Below, in pieces: positions 12,453-24,602 of a stretch of 64,000 nucleotides of DNA. Source of the stretch: Felis catus (lineage: Eukaryota); contig NC_058368.1 in NCBI RefSeq assembly GCF_018350175.1, positions 225,310,001 to 225,374,000 of the forward strand, in the 5' to 3' direction. Made by a program: the position numbers and the translations under genes. A model generated the notes under the pieces. That model made no database searches, had not been told where the DNA came from, and saw only the letters and a program-made list of their open reading frames with translations. Within the stretch, counting starts at the first letter, position 1, and each line of letters opens with the position of its first letter.

Positions 12453-13098
12453 TATATGAGTTTTCTGCGGCTACCTTAACAGATGACCACAAATTTGGTG
12501 GCTTAAAACAACAAATATTTATTCTTCCCCAGTTCTAGACGCCAGAGGTTCAAAACCAAGGCATCATTGTGGCCACAGTCTCTGGAGGCTCCGAGGGAGA
12601 ATTCATTCGTTGCCTCTTCCAGTTTGGGGAAGCTGTCGCTTCTTTTTGGCTGTGGCTTCTTCTGTTTGTGTCTCTTATAAGGACACTTGTCGTTGGATTT
12701 AGAACCCATTGGATTGGGGCGCCTGGGTGGTTCAGTCGGTTGGGCATCCGACTTCGGCTCAGGTCATGATCTCACAGTCCGTGGATTCGAGCCCCGCGTC
12801 GGGCTCTGTGCTGACAGCTCAGAGCCTGGAGCCTGCTTCGGATTCTGTGTCTCCCTCTCTCTCTGCCCCTCCCCTGCTCATGATCTGTCTCTCTCTGTCT
12901 CAAAAGTAAATAGAAACAATAAAAAAAAATTTTTTTTTAATGAACCCATTGGATTAATTCAAGATGAGCTCCCCATCTCAAAAATCCATAACTTAATGTA
13001 TATACAGCATCCCTTTTCCAAATAAGGTAACATTCACATGTTCTGGGGATTAGAATGTGAACAAACCTTTTTCAAGAACTGTCATATGGCTCACTACA
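12453..13098 (-). mobile_element. MLT1C-like MaLR solo LTR interrupted by a SINE
   Basis: ggtggcttaaaacaaca, tctcttataaggacacttgtc, ttccaaataaggtaacattcaca. Confidence 0.8.
12716..12941 (+). mobile_element. Can-SINE
   Basis: Perfect 14-bp TSD gaacccattggatt (12702-12715, 12942-12955). Confidence 0.97.
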
Positions 13099-14738
13099 GA
13101 GATACCACCCAAAACCAACAAACTAAGTTAAATAGTCAAAACATATAACTAACTCAAAGGTTGGGAAGACAAGACAAGGCCAACTGAAAGACACACAGCA
13201 AATAAAAATATGAGCAAGAATGTGTGGGGTCTAGACTCTCAAAATGCACAAAATAGGAGAACACAAATCGTGGAAACATGCAATGTCCATTTTGTATAGG
13301 ATATTGTAACCCCTTTGCAATAACACCTGAGAGAAAGGAACCAAATCTGAAAAAAAAAATCAAACAATTAAATATTTGTAAAATAAATCCTTGAAAGAAG
13401 GGATAAAAAGTTGGAACATGGACAGGACAAAGCCTGGAAGATAAAATCATCTGGCCCAGCAGCCAAAGGCTCTCAACAGAGTCTCTGGTGTTGGCTTTCC
13501 TTTGGCTCACAGGGTTCTAGCAAAGTTAAGGGTGTATCTCAGGGGGTTGGGATTATCACCGGTGTGAGGTCATGTGTCTGGAGACCCCAGCCCAGTCCCC
13601 CCACCGTTCCACGTTCAAGGCTACAGTGTTAGGCTGTGTGGAGCATACAGGGCAGTGTCGGCCTCCCCAAAGACAATTGGAGCAAATCTCTGCTTGTCTT
13701 TTGCCTCTTTCAGGTGAATTACTGACTTTGTAATAGGGAAGCAATCCACCTATATGATTTTCGGCCTCTTCTGCCTCTGAACTGCTGAGTCCAAAGTTCC
13801 GTGAACTCCCTTTTCGCGAGTGAGCGTTGGAAGGCAGTGTCCCGGGATGTTTTGGAATCCTTTCTCCGAGGGCCTGAACGTGAGCACCTTCCCATCTGTC
13901 TGGAAGGATTCACGCTGGTTCTGTGCCAGGCAATGCTTTTAGGTCCTGTGGTCCCCAAGACTCTCTGAGGTCTGACATTCTCCCGTGCCCTCCACAGCAA
14001 GCAGAGGCCAGCAGGCAGCGAGTTCTGTGAGCCTCGAGGGCAGACTGTCCCTCTGAGTTAGTCTCTCCTCACTGCGACAATGGGTCCAGCGTCCCAATTT
14101 CAAAGAAATGTCAGTGTCATACCAACGGTGGCAACTTTCAGGGGCGAAGTATGCACGTCGTCCTCAACTTACGTCTTGTCTTTTGTATTAAATTATTTTT
14201 TTCTTTTATGAACTGATGGAGATGGTCGTTAATTTTTAATGAATTTATCGTTGACGCCATTATCTGGAAGCTTCTTTTGTAATCAGCAGTCTTTTTTCAG
14301 CCTCTGTTTCACTCTGTGGCTTCTTTGTAAGATCTAAAGGTCTGGGAATCTCTGCAATAGCTTTACCATCGCTTTGGAGAAGCCTTGAGAACTCTCCAAA
14401 TCTGTGTCTCATACACAACAATCCTTACTGGAATCACCTGACTTTGCCGCCCTGCCGTCTTCCGGGAAGCTACAAAGCAAGGAAGTGAGGCCAGGGCCTT
14501 CATCCCTAGCCCACGTGTGGACCGGGATGACAAACGACCTACAGGGCAGTTGGACATCCTGGTCTTAGCTGAATTAACGGGGGATAAAGTCACAGGCAGG
14601 ACATCTTTAGGCAGAGCGGTAAGAAAGTGGCCTTTACCTGGGGACCTGCTCTTTCCTCTCCCCTCCCCACTCCCCACGTGTCAGACTCTCACTGAGTGAA
14701 TTCATATTCTTATCCTGCTTTAGAAATTGTTTAGTCAT

Positions 14739-14957
14739 GGGGCACCTGGGTGGCTGAGTCGGTTGGGCCTCCGACTTTGCTCAGGTCACGATCTCACGGT
14801 TCGTAAGTTCAAGCCCCACATCAGGCAGTCTGCTGTCAGCACAGAGCCCACTTTGGATCCTCTGTCCCCCTCTCTCTCTGCCCCTTCCCCACTCATGCTC
14901 TCTCTCTCTCTCTCTCTCAAAATAAATAAACGTTAACAAATAAATAAAAATAAAAAC
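14739..14957 (+). mobile_element. Can-SINE
   Basis: Head, CT tract, A-tail. Confidence 0.93.
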
Positions 14958-15995
14958 TTTCACGAGAATCTCAGTTTTAAAGCTTCACTATAGTTGCATT
15001 TTCAGCATTTTAGTTTTCTAGACGTATATCATGCTACCAACCACAGTTCAAAATCCCTGCTGTGTGGTAATTTCCTTCTGCGCCTATTTTATTACATCTT
15101 TCTTCTCTCTTCTCCCCTCCTTCCTGAAACGACAAAGAGGGAATGTGCAGAAAATGTCATGTGAACAGTCTGAAGATGATGCATATACACAATTTGGTCA
15201 CGTATTGCAGTGAGCTTTAGTTGGGGGAAAGAAACAAAAAACAAAACAAAACAAAATATGGACCCACTTGAGAGAACAATGAATTTGTTAAAATACATTC
15301 CTGGATTTCTGGGAAGTGATCCAACAGGAGAACCTTGTATGACATGGAAAATCCACTAGGGGGCACTGCAGTCAAAGCACACCGGAATGACCGCAAACCT
15401 TCAATCCACTTCGGGTAAACTCAGGTCGTTTCATTAATAGTGCCCAAAGTGAATTGTTTTCACAAAATGAGAGGCCACTCTTTTTACTTTTGCTCGAAGG
15501 AAGAAAAAAATCATTTTCTGGTAGCAGAAGTCAAAAGTAGCTGACTGGGCGTCCAGAATTGGCCTTATTACTGAGGTCAACATGCACGTGTTCAGGAAAC
15601 CTGAACCCGCATGAGAACGTGAACCAAGAAGGTCAGGCCAGAGAGAACATTCGGGTCCAGGAGATGGTCTGCTTGCTAAAATGTCCTCTGCCCTCCTCCC
15701 CCCTACTCTCCCCTCACCCTACCCCTGCTGATTGTCATAGGCAAGAACATTTAGGTGTCTCGGAAGCTTTAAAATAAGATCCAGGAGGGGAAGGCATTTA
15801 ATTTCATGATACATCTGATGTCACCAGCTGACTCCAGCTGAGCGAGGGATCTCCAGAGAGACATGGTCGCTGTGCCAGGAAGGTCAAAAGGGGGCCTTCT
15901 TTGTGGCTGTATCACATGGACAGAAGGAAGCATGGAGTAGAGGACAACAGGCCAGCAATGCATGTTCTTATCCATTTAAAAAAAAAAACATTGAT

Positions 15996-16187
15996 GGGGC
16001 ACCCGGGTGGCTCAGTTGGTTAAGCGGCTGAGTCTTGATTTTGGCTCAAGTCGTTATCTCGCTATTGTGAGATCGAGCCCCACAGTGGGGCTCCGTGCTA
16101 GGCATGTAGCTTGATTAAGATTCTCTCTCTCTCCCTCTCCCTCTCCCTCTGCTCCTCCCCAGCTTGTGCTGTCCCTCAAAAAAAAAA
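15996..16187 (+). mobile_element. Older Can-SINE
   Basis: ggggcacccgggtggctcag head with cttgatttt variant. Confidence 0.88.
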
Positions 16188-16197
16188 TTAATTGAAT

Positions 16198-16420
16198 GGG
16201 GCGCCTGGGTGGCGCAGCCGGTTAAGCGTCCGACTGCGGCCAGGTCACGATCTTGCGGTCCGTGAGTTCGAGCCCCGCTTCAGGCTCTGGGCTGATGGCT
16301 CGGAGCCTGGAGCCTGTTTCCGATTCTGTGTCTCCCTCTCTCTCTGCCCCTCCCCCGTTCATGCTCTGTCTCTCTCTGTCCCAAAAAATAAATAAACGTT
16401 GAAAAAAAAATTTAAAAAAT
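16198..16420 (+). mobile_element. Young felid SINEC inserted in the tail of the preceding SINE
   Basis: CpG-rich ggcgcagccggttaagcgtccgac; TSD-like aaaattaattgaa. Confidence 0.97.
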
Positions 16421-16753
16421 AAAAAAAATTAATTGAAAAAAGAAATAAATAAACATTTGAATTTTTCATTAAACCAACTCCATTTCTAAGAAGCATTTGG
16501 TTGATTTGCTAAACTAAACATACATTTCTTAGACTAAGAGTTGGAGGACTGAGGACAGCGGCGGCAGGCGGAGAGGGTACAAAGGGGGCCCCTAGGAATG
16601 AAAACTCAGCAAAGGCACCTTAAGGATACTTACAGCACAGTTCAGGCCCCCACAGTGCTGTCCTGACTGAGCTCCCTGCCTGCCCTACAAGGCTACGAGT
16701 AAGAGACCTTACCCACACAAAGAAGTTGCCAGTGGCAAGGTCACCGAGGGAAA

Positions 16754-16783
16754 ATTATTATTATTATTATTATTATTATTATT
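16754..16783. repeat. (TTA)n microsatellite
   Basis: About 9 units. Confidence 0.9.
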
Positions 16784-16796
16784 TTTACTTGGTCAG

Positions 16797-17207
16797 TGTT
16801 GCAGTTTGAATTGCCTTCCCCCCAAATAGGCTGACGTCCAATCCCCCTACGTGTGAATGCACCCTTGTTTGGAAAGGTCTTTGCAGGGGTGTTCAAGTGA
16901 AAATGAGATTCTGAGGGTGGGCCCTAATCCAGTATGTCTGTTGTCCTTAAAAGAAGAGGCAATTTCAACCCCTGGACACACCGGGATGCCAGAGACTTTG
17001 ATCGGGGTGATAGGTCAGCACGCCAAGGAACCCCCAGCATTGCCGACCGCCAAAAGGAGAGAAGGATGGACCAGATTCCCCCACAGAGCCCTGTTCACAC
17101 CCTGACTTCGGATTTCCAGTGTCCAGAGTTGTGAGAAGATACAGTACTGTTGTTTTAAACCACCCAGTCCGTGGCACTCTGTTACCGCATCTCTAGGAAA
17201 TTATGTA
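16797..17207 (+). mobile_element. MLT1B/C-like MaLR solo LTR
   Basis: ggaaaggtctttgcag, gggtgggccctaatcca, tgttgttttaaaccacccagt. Confidence 0.8.
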
Positions 17208-18877
17208 ATTATCTCTGGCCAAATTCAGAAACGGTAGGATAGGGGATTTCGGGAGTGGCAACGAGGAGATACTTAACTGACTAAGCATAAGGTTTTAAAG
17301 GATTACTCATTTTCCCTGTTGATCCTTATAATGGAAAAATTACGAAAATATAACCATAGAATAAACACGACCTTCCTACAAGACGAATGACATATACACG
17401 TCATGGCCCTTGTAGTCTGCAGGGGAAATACGCCACGTGGCCAAAGCTGAGGGGTCCCGGCTGGTGATCCAGAAAGACAAAGATATGATGGATAAGAAGG
17501 AAGTGACGGTGGCAGCAAAGAGCACAGGGAGAGCACGCGGGGCAGGAGGTTGTCAAAGAAAGTGCGACAGATACGCAGGGGACCTGTGTGTCCCAAGTTG
17601 AGGCAGTCAGGGGTCTGGTGGGGAACAGTTGTGTGGTTCTGAAGAACAGTGGTTTCCTCAAACGATGGTGGGATTTGGGAAGGAGAACAAGCAAGTCAAA
17701 TCCAGTAATAGTTCCCAGTTACCAACTTATGCTGGAAACATGCCAATGCTGTTTATGGATCTGTTCATCTCCTTATGGCCCAATGCTATAAGAAATCCTT
17801 TACCCGCATCTTATAGAAGACCTAACGACCCTAGAAATATTCAATAACTTAGCCAAAGTCACGCAAATGAGAGAGCATAAGGCCAAAATTGGAATCCATG
17901 TCATTGGCTATTACAGCCAAGGTCCTAACACTATATAGGTACACATACACACACACTCACATTCACATTCAAACACATACACCCATGTCTTAACTGAATT
18001 GGAGAGGTGGGGGACAGCAGTCACCAGATCACATAAGAGACAGCAAAGCAGAAAGGGAGAGGAATCACAAAATGTCCAGGACTCAACAGAGAGGGCATAT
18101 TGTTCAAAAGGAAGACCAATGGATTGCAAGTGACCATGGACCACTGGCATACTGCCGAATCCCCAACCCATGGGGAAAGTGGAAAACCAGATTAATCTGG
18201 AGAAAGCCATTTTTTAGCGAGGGTTAGCATCCTTTGAAGACTCTTGAGGACACAGAAGGGATCACCGACAATGGAAGAAGGACCCCGCACAACCCAGTGG
18301 AAGGAGTCGGCATTGGAACAGAAGAGGAGTCAGGAACCCATGGGAAAGACCCACAGAGCAATATGGTGCACGACTATGAAAAAGATACAGATTACCCGAG
18401 GGGCTGGAACTTGGGTGATCCCTGGAGACGACAGAATGACAGCCAGGATGGGACTCGCCAGCCTCCAGGACCCACAGAGGCCGGGGTTGTTTCTGTCCTC
18501 TGTGTGGTCAGCTGGTCGACACCCTCGGTAGAACAGCGACCTTTGGGACCACAGAGACGGTGGAGGACGAAGGAGTTCAGCTTCACCCGGCTGACTGCCC
18601 AGCACTGCCAGTCTCGCAGGAGAAGAATTAGCTGGTCTAGGAGGCTTCCTCTGGCATGACGGAGGGAAGGTAAAATAATCTGCCTGATAGACATTCCTCT
18701 TTCCCACTGGAAAATCTGAAACAGAAAACAGTTTGCCCTGAGTGTGGCTGTACCTTCTGCTCGTCTGGAAGGGGTGGGAGAGGGACTCACTCAAAAGAGC
18801 AAGCCTTATAGTGTTTATGATGATGAAGAACACCCAAAACTGAAGCTCCATATTCTGGCCCCAGGTGAAGTCGAAGA

Positions 18878-18894
18878 CACGTGGCAGTCACGTG
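18878..18894. promoter_or_regulatory. Candidate ChoRE (CACGTG-N5-CACGTG)
   Basis: CACGTG gcagt CACGTG, matching the ChREBP/MondoA:MLX consensus CAYGNG-N5-CNCRTG. Confidence 0.3.
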
Positions 18895-19222
18895 ATGGAT
18901 CTCAGGATTCCTGGTTACAGGCTCTTTTTCTAATCTGCTGGGCATAATTCTATTTGGAAATGATCTCAACCAGCTGCAAACTGGACGTCATAGGCTTTCT
19001 CAACCGTCTTGCACCCCTGCCATCTCTGACCCCCCGCCAGACCAGACCAGGGGGAAATAGCTTTTGAGTGTGTTTTTAAGATTCCAGGAAAACACTTTAA
19101 AAAAAATCTCCTTCGAAAATGCATTTGAACTAATGCTTTTCTGCTACTATTTAGCTCTCCTCTTGCAAGCTGAGAACAGCCCAGAACTTCAGCCATGACC
19201 GTTGCCCCCACTCTTTCCTCTT

Positions 19223-19224
<2 letters not shown>

Positions 19225-19261
<37 letters not shown>

Positions 19262-19303
19262 GGGTTTTTTGTTTGTTTGTTTCTTTGTTTGTTTGTTTGT
19301 TTT
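19225..19303. repeat. (CT)n plus (GTTT)n compound microsatellite
   Basis: Seen directly. Confidence 0.9.
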
Positions 19304-20037
19304 TATTAAGGAAAGTGTTAAATATGCACAACAGCATGGAGGGAAAAGCAATGAAGCCCCATGTGTCCATCACCCAGCTTCAACAAATATCAGCTTCTTT
19401 GGGCCACTGTATTCAATAGACATGTTCCCAAAAACAATAATAATAAGGGGAAAATGCATTCAATGTCGCACACAAAATTTGGAGCACATTCCCCACTTCC
19501 TTCGTATTCCCTCCTACATTGGAAGCCAGACTGAGATAGTTCTCAGCACGAATGACATACAATCTGTTTTTTGCAGACTCTCCCCAGATTCTGAATTTCA
19601 ATTACATTTCAGGGATATCATTGGGTTATAGGAAGTAGGAGCCTCCTTAAAAAGGAATTTATCTCATTTTCACTCACTCTTCCAAATGCGACTCTAAAAC
19701 AAAAGTGATGATTAACGCCAAGCTCACAATTCACTTGTTGGGGATTTAGCCACATTGAGCAAATTCCAGTAAGAAGCTTAAGGACTTTCCCAGCGAAAGC
19801 AATGGTGGGGTGGCGGTGGGACCCAGGGAAGACACGTGGTACAAACAGCCCTGGATTTCCAAAAGCTGCAGTCAGGTCGTGCAAATTCAGTTCCAGACCT
19901 GCTGCAACACGGCCCACCCAAGATCATTTTCGTGTGAGTCAACGGAGACTATTCTAGAGGGAGTCAGAACTGTCCACCACTCTCGAGGAAGGAAGAGACG
20001 GGCGTCTGTAAAAAGTTTCGCAAAAGTAGCTTGTGAT

Positions 20038-20140
20038 TCCTCCCCCTCCCCCCTCTCTCTCCCATCTCTCCCTCCCTCCCTCCCTTCCTTTCTTTCCTCC
20101 CTCCCTGCTTTCCTCCATCCCTCCTTCTTTCTTTTTCTTT
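20038..20140. repeat. Polypyrimidine (CCT/CCCT) low-complexity tract
   Basis: About 100 nt of nearly pure C/T. Confidence 0.9.
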
Positions 20141-20530
20141 AATAAGAGCATATGCCTTATGAAGAAAAAGAGAACATATATCAATACTGGCAGCCGCACA
20201 GTCACTTGCCAAGATCTTCTGTTTTCTGTCAGCAGGGGAAAGGGAAAGGAAAAATATGAGCGGTGGGTACCAATAATGGCCCAAGGTCACGTTGTCTATC
20301 ACCAGAGTCATCTGACACCTCCATTGTGGGATTTGATGAACTCAAATGATTGCCCCCCAAATACTGACAAAGTCTGTGAAAAAGCAAACAATACGTTTGG
20401 CATAAATAGATCAGGGCCCGATGTCTTGGCCAGAGGCATCTCCACGTCTACAGGTATTACTCCCAGACACAAAATGCTTAAGGCAGATACATGTCTACCA
20501 TGAACACAGTCCCACAGAGGAGGGCAGAGC

Positions 20531-20534
<4 letters not shown>

Positions 20535-20571
<37 letters not shown>
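20535..20571. repeat. (CA)n microsatellite
   Basis: About 18 units. Confidence 0.95.
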
Positions 20572-20577
<6 letters not shown>

Positions 20578-22788
20578 ATACACAACAGAAATGAGGAGAC
20601 CCATTTTCTTGGGGCTTAAATGCCCCGGTAGGCCCCTTGCCAAGAGTCAAACATTCTGGAATGGAAGAGTTTCCTCAAGGGCCCCAGAGATGGCCTTCAT
20701 CCTCTTCAGACAACTTTCCCCATCCTTGACCCTTGCAAAAGAGATAGGGAAAAGAACACCCTCCAGAGTTGGTGGCCTGAGTTCCATCTCTACTCCATCA
20801 AGGATGGGCAAGGACTTTAAGTTTTAGGACCTCACTTACTTCAGTTCTAACATGGGGAGGAAGGGGCCAGCTGGTTTCTGAAGGTCTAGAGGTCGCTCTT
20901 TAGTGAACTGTGAATGACGTGAACCACAAATACAGTTGGGCTCAGCACCCGCCAATGTGGATTCAGACCTTAGCTCCACCCAAGCCGTGTGGCCACGGAA
21001 ATGTCTCTTGATTTCTTTGGTAACTTAGAGGATTGCTTATGTCACAGGTTCTTGCGAGGACTGAATTCCTTAAACATATGTGAAGTTCGTGATTTGTGGA
21101 CTATGTAAGGCTCGTACCCTGTCTCTAAAATGCTGTGACTTCAAACACCAAGGAATCTGGGAAGTTTGCCTCTCTGGACCACAACTAGATAATTTAGTCC
21201 AAGATATTTCTCGCCCTAACTTATTACTCATTGGAGCATAAGAAATACACAAAGCTGGGTCAGTACTGCTGGAAAATATTCATGAGATAGACCATATTGC
21301 ACACTTCATGTCTTACGTGAGTTATTTTACATATTTTTTGTCCTTATTTGTTCCAAGTCACTTAGACATAAAAGAAATGGTATAGGTTAAACCAAGCTGG
21401 GAAAGTGAAGTCTTCACAAAGTTTATATTGCTAATGAAATTAAGGTTTCCAGCAGATCAAGAACAAATGACTGAGTTTAACAAAATATTTCCTTTGATCT
21501 TAAGATTTTTTTTTTTAACTTCAAAGAATAACCAGCAGGATCATGCAGGCAATACCAACCCCCTTCCCTGCAATGTGGGGCTCTTGGTCAAAGAACTTGC
21601 AAGGGTCTGCTTCAGAACTGTGGGTGGCCCTGACCCGGCCAGGGGAAAATAAGTGAACAGAAGATGTGGGGTTGAGGCTTGGTCCGCCATTTACCCACAT
21701 CCCATGAGAAAGTCATTTGACCTCAGTCCCCATGCTCTCTTCTGTGAAACGAGACAGTAATACCTAACTCATTAACTCACAAGTTTGATACAAAGATAAT
21801 GTTGGGTCTTTGGATTCACCAAATTCTAAAATAGGATTAAGAAACAAAACCCCAGAGGGATCCTACAGCAGTTTCCTTTCTTTCCCCGGGAGTACCTTTC
21901 CACCATTGTATGTCTTGTACTTAGTAGTAAGTAATAGGTTCTCCATCATTCTTTGCTGGATGAGTGAAGGGCCAGATGGAGACAATGGTGAGGGCTGGGC
22001 CCAGGGACTCTGGGGGACTTAGACTTGTTCTTCCCTCCTCTTGGATCAGCCCATTCATTCTGCCACTGCAGCCATGGTTCAACTTAATTCTAGGTGTGGT
22101 GACAACAGCACAGAAGTGCTTAATTCTAGGTGTGGTGAACTAGCGGAGAGGGAGGGAGCGATGGAAAAGGTGAGGGAGAGAGAGGGGGCCACCCAGCAGC
22201 AACCAAGGAAAGATAGCTTTGAGGGTGGAGGGAGATTTCCTGTGACACCTGGGGATGGGGGCCACTCTGTCCCCTATTCAATGTGTCACGTGCTGACATG
22301 GACAAGTGATTTTCAGCATTATCCTCTTAAACCCGTGTTTACTTCTGACTGAGTAGAGGAACATTCACATATCTCCAAGTTTCCGTCAGCCTGGAAGGAC
22401 AAACACCTACTTACCAGTGATACAGCTTCAAGTCAGCCTGAATTCTTAGTCACAAAAGAGGGTTTGCAAGATGGGGAAACCCAGATATTGACTCCATGAT
22501 GAGGACATAATGAATAATTGGAGTAAAACTTGAAGAATGTGCCTTGCAGCCTTTCATAGATGTTTTTCAAGTCTCCCTATTCTTGGAGCTTGTCATTCCC
22601 CTAATACCTTGGGACAAACTTTATCGATCAGAAACAGAAAATAAAGGGCAGAAGCTAAAAGACAGAACTTTGCTGTCAGCTCTAGGCTGGGGCAGGGACA
22701 GAGAGCCCTGTGGCGTCTCCTTCTAGGTATTTCAACATCGGCACCCACATGCCTTAGACGGTGCTGGTTTCCTAATCCATGTCTACTG

Positions 22789-22818
22789 TGACTCAGCCTT
22801 TGGTAGTGGAGTGACTCA
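22789..22818. promoter_or_regulatory. Paired AP-1 sites
   Basis: TGACTCAGC at 22789 and TGACTCA at 22812. Confidence 0.3.
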
Positions 22819-23019
22819 GTAGGCTAGCACAGTCCAGTACTCTGGGTGGAGAAGACCCACTCAAAGATATGCCATTAGTTAGGATATTTGAGGCTGCAAA
22901 TCACAGGACACCCAAGCTAACGTGGCTTTAAGCATAAGGACTTGTGTCCATCTCATGTAACAAGAAGTCCAAAGGTTCTGGAACTAGGCAGCCGTGTCTG
23001 CAATGCTCTTGGTTCTAGC

Positions 23020-23290
23020 GAGGCGGGGTGGTGCGGTGACGAGGGGCACAGCCTCTGTCCTCGGTTTCCCTGGGTTCAAGTCTCAGCTTTGGTGCTATCC
23101 GGTGGTGGAATTTCTGGCAAGTTACTGCACTTCTCTGAGTCTCGGTTCCCACCTTTGTAGAATTGGAGAGAACAATAGTACATCCCCTTCAGGGTTGTTG
23201 TTAGCATTAAGTTAGTATATGTAAACTGCTTAGCCAGGGCCTGGCTCATAAAAAGCACTGTGTACATGTTAGTTACCACTTTCTTTATAG
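23020..23290 (+). mobile_element. MIR SINE
   Basis: cctgggttcaagtctcagct, ggcaagttac, ctctgagtctcggttccc, cagggttgttgt. Confidence 0.8.
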
Positions 23291-23448
23291 TTACATCATC
23301 TTTGCCTTTGCCGCCAACAGGCTTCCCAAGGCACCAAACTTCACGCTGCCCAAGACAACGTGCAGGATGGGAAGGAAAGTGTGGGGGCTGGACAGGGCAG
23401 GGCATGAAAAGGACATGAGCTTCCTACTAACTCTTTCCCTTTTAGCAG

Positions 23449-23518
23449 GAATAAAAGTCTTTCCCAAAGAGCTTCATCCTTTAACACCGGAGCCTGTGGG
23501 TCAGGACTGGGCCACATG
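23449..23518 (+). other. Candidate internal exon
   Basis: Branch point TACTAAC (23425-23431), polypyrimidine tract, TAGCAG acceptor, ATG|GTGAGT donor. Confidence 0.35.
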
Positions 23519-23572
23519 GTGAGTGTGGCAATACCTGGCAAAGAGGACTGAATTGGCATGGGTTCGATTCTT

Positions 23573-23763
23573 TGCGCTATTTAACATGGTAGCCACTAGC
23601 CATGTGAAGGAATCTAGAGTTAAATTAAAATTGATGAAAATTGGCAATTCAGTTGTTCAGCCACACAGGCCACATTTCAAGTGCTCAATAGCCAAAGCTA
23701 CTGGTCTCCGTAACAGATACAGACCGTTTCCACCCCCACAGAAAGTTCTGTTGGACAGTGCTG
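23573..23763. mobile_element. MER3-like hAT-Charlie MITE
   Basis: atggtagccactagccatgtg, ccacatttcaagtgctcaatagcca, cagaaagttctgttggacagtgctg. Confidence 0.8.
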
Positions 23764-24602
23764 GGATCAGAGTTTGTGTGTCGGGGACCAACTCTCCCTG
23801 GACAAAATCAAGGCTGTGTTCACAAGGAAGAAGTGGAGGTGGCTGTTGGGTTGATAATCAACAAGAAACGAGGAACAGGAAGGAAGATCAGCACAGACGC
23901 TCATGAGATCGGAACTATGGGTGTGAGCGTGATAGCTAGGGAGGTTCAGGAAGCCTCATTGGACTTCAAGTTTACCACGCTGGCCTTTCTGCTCCCTGGG
24001 ATCTCTTACACACAGGAGGCCAGCCATTTGACTGTGGTAGAAATTGGAATTATCAGGAAGGATTTGTTAGACCACCCCCCCATCACTGTAGTTTCAGTTG
24101 CTGAAAGACAAAAACGAACCTCCAGGCTGCATACATCCTGGACCCCAACCTAGCGTTACAACAGGGGTCTACAAATCACCATGCTAATCTTGGCTATTTT
24201 TGTGATTGTCACGTAGAATGGGGTAATACCAACCATTTTCCACTTTATAGAATCACTGTGAGGCACAGCAGATAATATGGCAAAGTCCCCAGGAAAATCC
24301 AACCACTCTACCTACAATAGGAGCATTGGTGACTTACTCTGGGGACTGGAGGAGCAATAAAAGTCCTCGGACCTCCTCTAACTGTTGGAGACAGTGTCAT
24401 TTGACTGTAGCAGGAATGCAACAAGAGAAATAATAATAACTAATGTGCACTTATGCTTAACTATATGCCAGGCATTTGCCTAAGGTCAGGAAGTGGCAGA
24501 ATGAGATTCATGCCCAGATATTACACTACCAAAGCCCAGGAGCTCTGCCACTCTTCCTTTCCAGAACTCCGTATGACTAAGCTCTTGGGGGATCGGTTGG
24601 AG

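Noticed and set aside
13690..13720. Strong isolated splice acceptor (tgtcttttgcctctttcag)
   Set aside because: I found no convincing matching donor or open frame.
18234..18851. Overlapping 95-173-aa ORFs on both strands
   Set aside because: No recognisable homology; several open frames are expected in locally GC-richer sequence.
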